Source of the DNA: a virus
Strand: one strand, 5' to 3'
DNA length: 64,000 nt
Virus record (IMG/VR): IMGVR_UViG_3300030103_003222
Coordinates: 18,762 to 82,761 of that record
Below the pieces are notes generated by a model. It saw only the letters and a list, made by a program, of their open reading frames with translations. It did no database searches and was not told where the DNA came from. Position 1 is the stretch's first letter, and each line of letters opens with the position of its first letter. Below, one piece after another: positions 1 to 6,800 of the stretch. The position numbers and the translations under genes were made by a program.

Positions 1-2
1 TG

Positions 3-599
3 AATGATGCGGGCATCGTGAAAAAGTCCTACACGGACAAGAAGTTCTCCATGCTACTCTCACTCTATGGTGAGGAATACGACATCATCAAAGGCGCTCA
101 ACGTGGGACATACGTTCGCATCACCACCGATGGACTGGTGATGAAGGATTCGTGGGCCTACGGCGCTGGCTTTCTCGATGCTGACGGCTACATCACCATC
201 ACCGAAAGAGGCGAACCTCGTGCGGGCTTGATTGCTACAGGCGACCGTGGTAGGACACACTGCGAAGACCTCTATAAAACGCTGGACTGCGGGGTGCTTC
301 AGTTGGACAGCAAGGTGTATCACAAAGCCTCGCAGCGAAGTCAACACCGTCTTCAGTTCTATTCCAAAGCCGACCTACGGAAGTTCCTTACCGGGGTCCT
401 ACCTCACCTGCGTATGAAGTCGACGCAGGCAAAGGCCGTCCTCGCCTTCATTGACGAGAAGGACGTCACTCGAAAGCAGGAACTCAAACGCCTTGTGCGC
501 TATGAAAACTGGAAAGACCACACGAAGAAGTCTGCTGAACTTCTGAGTGGTTGGGGTATTGACGCTGACACTGTCGGCACTTACGCGGAGGGTCTGTGA
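3..599 (+). CDS. LAGLIDADG homing-endonuclease-domain protein (frame open to the window edge, probably 5'-truncated)
   Basis: WAYGAGFLDADGYITI is a LAGLIDADG motif, followed by typical beta-strands and 'LRKFLTGVLPHLRMKSTQAKAVL'. The frame has no stop back to position 3. The stop overlaps the portal start (GTGATG). Confidence 0.8.
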   Translation, partial: NDAGIVKKSYTDKKFSMLLSLYGEEYDIIKGAQRGTYVRITTDGLVMKDSWAYGAGFLDADGYITITERGEPRAGLIATGDRGRTHCEDLYKTLDCGVLQLDSKVYHKASQRSQHRLQFYSKADLRKFLTGVLPHLRMKSTQAKAVLAFIDEKDVTRKQELKRLVRYENWKDHTKKSAELLSGWGIDADTVGTYAEGL

Positions 600-2341
600 T
601 GGCTGAAGAAGAACGAGGACCAGTCAGCCGATTTTTGTCGGCCATCGCCAGCCCATTTCGACGTCGCACGACGCCGCAGCCGCAAATGCCCCTCTACACC
701 ACGGGCATTCAGGAACCTGTGCTCGCACAGGGTATCACCATCCCATCGCTGTATGCGGTCAGTCACGAAAACCTGATTCTACGCACGGTTCAATCCAAAC
801 TCCAGCAAGAGGTCTTCAGGCGTGGCTACTACTGGGAGAAGCGTTTTGAGTCCAAGTGCATCGAATGTGAAGAGGAGTTCAATCACTCAGTCGACGTCTG
901 CAAGTCCTGCGGTGGTGAGGTTCGCAAGCCTGACCCTGAGCAAGTCATTTACGCCAAATGGCTGCTAAATCAAGAGAACTCGATGGAGCAGTCCTTCATG
1001 CAAGTCTTGCGTGAAGTTGAAAACGACCTCAACATCGTGGATGACGCCTTTCTCATTCTTATCAAGGAGTATTACGTTGACCCTGAATCGGGCGATATTG
1101 CCTTTTTCCGCGTCAAGGAAATCATTCGAGGCGACCCTATCTTCATGCGCATCATCGCAGACAAGCGTGGTGTCCGTGGTGGGCGGTATAAGGTGTGCCG
1201 CATCCATCGCGACCAAGTCGCATACCCCGGTCAAGAATCGAAATGTCAGACCTGTGGCTCACGCATGGTTGACGCACACTACGTCAACATGGCTGGGAGC
1301 GGTAAGAACCAGTATTTCACCAAGGGCGAAGTCATCCACATCAGCAAGTATAACCCGTCCAAACTCTACGGGCGCAGTCCTGTCAACACCATGTGGCGAC
1401 AGGCGATGAGCCTCACGGCCATGGACAACTACATCTACACCGCGTATCAGAAGCGACGCACGCCAAAAGGCATCATTTCCGTCACCACTGATAATCTTGA
1501 GTCGATGAAGTCGTTTTGGAAATCTGTCGATGAGAAGATGGAGCGTGACCCGCACTACGTGCCGAAGGTCGGTATCGAAAGTCAGACTGGGCGCGGTGGT
1601 GTGAACTGGGTCAAGTTCATGGACACGTTGGAAGAGATGCAATACATCGCTGTGCGCGACGAGATTCGCAACCGTATCGCGGCGTATTACGGTGTCTCGT
1701 CCATCTTCATGATTGACAACGGTAAGTCTGGTGGCCTCAACAACGAGGGGTTGCAGATTCTTGTCACCAACCGCGCAGTCGAGTTTGGTCAGAAGGTCTA
1801 CACCGACGTTCTGTTCCCCCGTATGTTGCGTGAGATGGATGTCTCAGATTGGAAACTCACTCTCTATCCCAATGAGGAAGAAGACGAAATCACTCGCCTG
1901 CGACGCGACGAGATGGAGGTCAACCTCGCTCAGCGTATGGCTATGCTCGGCTATAAGCCGGAATTGCTTGAAGAAGGCGACCGCGACATTCGCTTTGTCT
2001 ACAAGCAACAGGAAGAGCAACAGGGTGGGCAACAGGGTGGGCAACCCGGTATGCCTCCGGGTATGCCTCCCGGTATGCCTCCGGGTATGCCACCGGGTGG
2101 TGCAATGCCTCCGGGTGGTGCAATGCCTCCGGGTGGCGCGATGCCGCCCATACCTCCCTCTCAACCGGGCGGTGAAGGTGCGGGCATTCGCACACCGCGT
2201 TCACCGGCTCGGCCGCAGGCTCGCGGTAGTCCGGGTGCAGGCTCACCTGTAACCAGCGTTCAGCAGCGAGGTCCAGCACCCACGCAGGGGATGCAGAACT
2301 CAAGAGCGATTGGCGATGCGCGACGACTTCGCGGGGCTTAA
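599..2341 (+). CDS. Portal protein with Zn-ribbon-like insertions and a Pro/Gly/Met-rich C-terminal tail
   Basis: Portal-like motifs 'EVIHISKYNPSKLYGRSPV', 'RNRIAAYYGVSSIF' and 'GGLNNEGLQ'. Position at the start of the head module. CxxC pairs (CIEC/CKSC; CRIH/CQTC). Confidence 0.85.
   Translation: MAEEERGPVSRFLSAIASPFRRRTTPQPQMPLYTTGIQEPVLAQGITIPSLYAVSHENLILRTVQSKLQQEVFRRGYYWEKRFESKCIECEEEFNHSVDVCKSCGGEVRKPDPEQVIYAKWLLNQENSMEQSFMQVLREVENDLNIVDDAFLILIKEYYVDPESGDIAFFRVKEIIRGDPIFMRIIADKRGVRGGRYKVCRIHRDQVAYPGQESKCQTCGSRMVDAHYVNMAGSGKNQYFTKGEVIHISKYNPSKLYGRSPVNTMWRQAMSLTAMDNYIYTAYQKRRTPKGIISVTTDNLESMKSFWKSVDEKMERDPHYVPKVGIESQTGRGGVNWVKFMDTLEEMQYIAVRDEIRNRIAAYYGVSSIFMIDNGKSGGLNNEGLQILVTNRAVEFGQKVYTDVLFPRMLREMDVSDWKLTLYPNEEEDEITRLRRDEMEVNLAQRMAMLGYKPELLEEGDRDIRFVYKQQEEQQGGQQGGQPGMPPGMPPGMPPGMPPGGAMPPGGAMPPGGAMPPIPPSQPGGEGAGIRTPRSPARPQARGSPGAGSPVTSVQQRGPAPTQGMQNSRAIGDARRLRGA
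2018..2148 (+). repeat. Coding tandem repeats in the portal tail (QQGG x2, PGMP x4, PGGAMP x3)
   Basis: 12-bp units caacagggtggg and ccgggtatgcct, and an 18-bp unit ccgggtggtgcaatgcct, read directly in the sequence. Confidence 0.95.
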
Positions 2342-2383
2342 TGCTTTAAGCAGGAGCGTTCTACGGGGAACAGAGGGACTTCG

Positions 2384-2734
2384 ATGGACCTACTCAAAAT
2401 GCACCCGATGGCTCGAAAAATGGCTGTTCACAGCGAAGCCTTTGCGAAGGCGCTGGAAAGCGGTAACGCACAAGATGCGCAAGACCACATCAACGAGGTG
2501 TTGAAGTTCGCCGGCTTCCTTTCAGACGACATTCACGGCGCCATTGTCAAGGCTGAAACCGACAAGCACAACGAAATCGCCGGCAACATGATTCAGAAGA
2601 TGAACGTGACCGGGCAGAAGTTCGATGTTGCTCAGCGCGCTGATGTTCTTCCCGGCACCATCATCGCCGCTCGCACGCACAACCGTGCTCGCGTTCACCG
2701 TGGCACCTTTGGCCGTTTCGTCCCCGACTCGTGA
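2384..2734 (+). CDS. Hypothetical head-region protein (116 aa)
   Basis: ORF in operon order after the portal, with codon style like its neighbours. Contains DLLKM and AIVKA motifs. Confidence 0.75.
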   Translation: MDLLKMHPMARKMAVHSEAFAKALESGNAQDAQDHINEVLKFAGFLSDDIHGAIVKAETDKHNEIAGNMIQKMNVTGQKFDVAQRADVLPGTIIAARTHNRARVHRGTFGRFVPDS

Positions 2735-2743
2735 GGTGAGCAG

Positions 2744-3079
2744 ATGACGGAGGAAGTGTCCACGACAGAGCGCTTGATGAACGCGCTCATTTCCAAAATG
2801 GAAGCCATGGACAGCGATGTGCAGGCGTTGAAGGCTGAAAATGCCAATCTCCGAAAGGCACTTCGCGACCCTTCAGCCATGCTCCGCAAGGCAGGATTCG
2901 TCTCCGCAACCACCCCATTGAGCGAAGACGTCCCCCAAGACCCCTTCCGTGCCGATAGTGGTGCGCTGCTCAAGGGTGAGCAGGGAGGCTTCCCCTCAAA
3001 CGCTGAGATTCATCAGATGTCTTGGGACGATATTCACGAAATGGCCGAGCAGGCTCGTTCCGTGGAGGTGGTGCCTTGA
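2744..3079 (+). CDS. Small coiled-coil protein, possible mini-scaffold (C-terminal MSWDDIHEMA)
   Basis: GAGGTGA RBS. Coiled-coil N-half. C-terminal motif shared with the protease/scaffold C-terminus (MSWDEVHSLA). Confidence 0.8.
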   Translation: MTEEVSTTERLMNALISKMEAMDSDVQALKAENANLRKALRDPSAMLRKAGFVSATTPLSEDVPQDPFRADSGALLKGEQGGFPSNAEIHQMSWDDIHEMAEQARSVEVVP

Positions 3080-3885
3080 AGCCGATTCCCAGCCCAGCAT
3101 CCCGCGAAGCCATGGACCTGCTCAACAAGGCGATGCGCCTGCTTCAAAAAGCCGAAGAACTCGACATGGTCGAGCACGAGGGCGAAGAGGTCCCCGCTTT
3201 TGCTGCTGACGGCAAAGGCCCCAAGGACAAGAAGAAGGGCAAAAAGTGCCCTGAGTGTCAGGGTGAGGGCGACGACTGCGAATGTGACGATGAAGACGAA
3301 GGGCCTCAAGACGAGGGCGACGACGACATCAAACTGGAAAAAGGCAAGTGCAAGTGCAAGAAGGGCGAATCTTGTCGCGATTGCGAAAAGTGCCCTGAAT
3401 GTGGCGGGGCCATGAACAAGGGCAATTGCATGAAGATGAACTGCGGTGGGCCAACTAAGATGGCTAAGGCCAAGTGCGACTGCAAGAAGGGCGAATCTTG
3501 TCGCGATTGCGAAAAGTGCCCTGAATGCGGTGCTAAGATGGTAAAGGGCGCTTGCATGAAGATGAACTGCGGTGCAAAAATGCAGAAGGCCCAACCCGGT
3601 TTCTCGACCACGTTTGGTTTTGAGCCTCAGAACATCATGTTCGCATCCGAGTCCGGTGGGCAGACGCGCAACGCGTATTATTCCACCAACCAGTATGTCA
3701 TCAACTCGCAAGATGTTACCAACAAGGGCGGTCAATCGTCTTCTATCAACTTCGACGGACTTTCTGCTCAATTGAATCCACATGATGGTGGCGGCGTTGA
3801 CCGACAAGTGCAGGGTGAGACACTCACCAAGCAACAGATTGTCAAAATCCGCGATATTGTCAGGAAGTCAGGGCTTCAGGGGTGA
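3076..3885 (+). CDS. Cys/Lys-rich head-region protein with a duplicated Cys-rich module
   Basis: Start reassigned to TTG 3076 (GGAGGTG at 3064-3070, overlapping the upstream TGA). Two copies of KCxCKKGESCRDCEKCPECGxxMxKGxCMKMNCG. Confidence 0.75.
   Translation: MKPIPSPASREAMDLLNKAMRLLQKAEELDMVEHEGEEVPAFAADGKGPKDKKKGKKCPECQGEGDDCECDDEDEGPQDEGDDDIKLEKGKCKCKKGESCRDCEKCPECGGAMNKGNCMKMNCGGPTKMAKAKCDCKKGESCRDCEKCPECGAKMVKGACMKMNCGAKMQKAQPGFSTTFGFEPQNIMFASESGGQTRNAYYSTNQYVINSQDVTNKGGQSSSINFDGLSAQLNPHDGGGVDRQVQGETLTKQQIVKIRDIVRKSGLQG
3355..3527 (+). repeat. Direct repeat, 126-bp period, identical 47-bp core
   Basis: tgcaagaagggcgaatcttgtcgcgattgcgaaaagtgccctgaatg occurs at 3355-3401 and 3481-3527. 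Confidence 0.95.
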
Positions 3886-3891
3886 GCCTGT

Positions 3892-6800
3892 GTGGAGGAA
3901 GACCCAGCGGAGGTCTACATTCGCGCCCGTAATGACCTGCTGAAAAGCGCGGTTGATTTTCACGATTACGAAGACAACATCGCGAACTACGCGTTTGCGA
4001 AACTCAGTCTTGAGCACCACGGTATCGAGTTCGAGCCGCTGTGGGAAGACCGTCTTTGTGAGTCCATCCTCAAATCTGCTTTCAGGACTAAACTCGATGC
4101 AGAACCAGCCCTCTCTGAGAACGCTCTGCTCGACTTGCAGGTCAACAACCCTGAACTTGCTCGGGAATACGCGGAGGCGTTGGGCGAACTCAAAGATGCG
4201 CGTAACGCAATGAGTGGTAGCGTTAGTGTCGATGAGATGTTGAGTTTCGGCAAACTTTCTGACCGCGTCGCTGCGCTTGAAGCACAGGTAACTGGACGCA
4301 GCACTGAGCAGCAGAAAGAGGAAGGAGCGCTCGGTGGAAACATCAGCGATGAGGCTGCTCGAATCCCCCAGCATACCTTCTCTGACCGCATCGTGGAACA
4401 CTCTCTACGCGACATTCATCGAATGTGGCCTCAAGTCAAACCTATCGGTCGCTATGACGAGTCTTTCCTGAGTGACGGTCACGGTTTGCTCTCCTATGAC
4501 CCGACAGACCCGACAGGTCGTCCCATGTGGGCGCGTTTGCTTCGTGGTTTCTATCTACCTCAACCCTATCAGAAGGGCGACAAGAACTTGCGAATGTCGC
4601 TGGCCGAACGATACGCCTCCGCTGAGTTGGCGCACCTCAAGGCCAACAAGGGCAAGCGAGCCTTTGAGCCTCGAAAGCGTAGCGGTGCTGAAGATGAAGA
4701 GCATATCCCTCACTTTGGGCCACTGATGTCCACCTCGCACGCCGTCTATGAGCAAGCGTATCAGGCGTGGCGTCAAAGTCGCGGCGGAAAACTGTCTGAA
4801 CTGATGGTCTTTGCAGATACCGAAAACCCAGTCGAGCGAGACTATCGCATGCGTGAAGAGCACTTCAAGGCGGTTGAAGACCACGCTTGGTTCAGCACTG
4901 GTATCGGGGGTAACGTCGACCCCAAAAGCACCATGAGTCAAGAGGAAATCGCGGAGCGTGGTATCAACGACCCCGAGTCATTGGAGGAATATGACATTGA
5001 CCATGGCTTTGGGATTTGGCCGTATCTTCTTGGTTTGGACTTTTTGCCACCTGCCGACATGCACCGTGTCTTGAAACACATTGACGAACACGGCACCGAT
5101 AAAGCAGACCAGCAAATTGTGAAACTCAGCGGCCCGGTTCCTTTTATCGACATGGGGCGTGTGAAGCGTGACTTCGCTCAGCGTTTCACCCCTCTTTTCC
5201 ACGCTGCGGCGCGGAACGCACATCACCCCGGAGCCACCATGCGCAAGCGCAACGAAGGGTCGAGGTTGACCGACGCTCGTGGTTTTGAAGGCCTCGAAAG
5301 GGACAACCTCTTCTACGCTCTCAGTCACACTCCTCACCCAAGCAATCCTGACAGGACGTTGCGCGATTTCGTCAACGAGCGCTTTTCACGTTATATGAAC
5401 CCCGGAGATACAGAGGACGATGTCGTTGACGAGAACTATCCCATTCCCAACATCACTGCTGCACTCGCCAAGAATATGGAGGGTAACACACCCGAGGAGA
5501 ATCGGGAATTACTCGGTAGACTGAAACCCGCATACGCACATTCTGAACACAGCGTGAACTGGTTCCTCGGGAGAGACAAGGACGGTGCGCTCATCAATGA
5601 CCACCCCCTCTATCCTGATGCTACCGATGCAAACCACCCTGCTGGGCAGGAAGATTTGATTGAGCGTCTGCACGATGCCTCTGACGAACTCACTGATGCT
5701 GTGATGTCTTCCAAGTTTTCACGTGACATTGACGCCTTCTATCATCTCGGGAACAACGTCCCATCGCTTGACGACATCCCCGAGTCTGAGCGAGAATCGT
5801 GGCTACGCGCCGATGACGGCTCTTTGCTCGGTCTTGCACATTACTGGGGCAAGCCGTTCCACTACGAGGGTGGTTATGGGAAGCATCCCAAGATGCTGAT
5901 TGAAATGCTACATCAGATGTGGCCCGGTGAGCGTTCTCCTTTCGGTCAACTCGAAGGCGGTCGCATTACGCCGAACGAGGATGCACTCGGCCTCACCAGC
6001 CGCTACATCTCAATGGGTTTTGCACCTGAAACACAACACGCGGGCAGTCCACGTGTTCAGTTGTCATTCTTCAACGCCTCTCAACCAAGGAGTGAAACGG
6101 CAAAGCGTCGCTCTCGCACTCGAAATCAGGCAGCATTCCACGGCAAAGTCAGCACTTCACCGGCATATTCCAATTCGGTTGCTGGCAAAAGCGACGACGA
6201 GATTCGTCAAGTCACTGGCGGTAAGGTGCAGAAATTTTCTCTTGATAATACCGGATGGACCACGGGCGACTCCTATGGCGCGATTGGCTCCAAGCAACGC
6301 TTCACGATGCGGGAAAGGGCATCTCGTTGGTGGCACTGGTTGGCTACGCGAATGCGCACTGGCTCAGGTGAAATCCCCGACAAGTTTCATTCGCAGCAAG
6401 AGATGGAAGCCGGTAACGTTGAGCGCACTCGTGGCACAAAGCGTGAGTTTGACCGCTTGCAGGGGTGGGCTGATAAGGACAAGACTTCATCGAAGAAGTT
6501 TGCTGAAATGCTGGATGAGGCGGGTCATGACGAAGCCGTTGACGAAATCACCCTCAATCACTTGTCCGACACACAATTGGCTTTGGAAGAAGCACTTCAG
6601 GAAGAGTTCTCTTCCTCGTTCAAAGATGAAATCGGCAACGCTTCTTCTGAAGAAGTGCAAGCGCTCATTGCAGGTGTTGAAGACCCCAACAAGCGCGCTG
6701 ACATGATGCGTCGCTTCCGTGAAATCTACGACTCCAGCGGAATCGTTGACGCCCATCGCGAGTTCGATGAGATGATGGAGTCCTACGAGCGGGTCGGTGA

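Noticed and set aside
3-599. Intein within a terminase gene
   Set aside because: The ORF ends shortly after the endonuclease domain with no HN-[CST] junction or C-extein, and no terminase motifs are in the window.
2337-2350. TTTAAG as a promoter upstream of ORF2384
   Set aside because: The position is plausible, but the match is too short and weak to support without transcript data.
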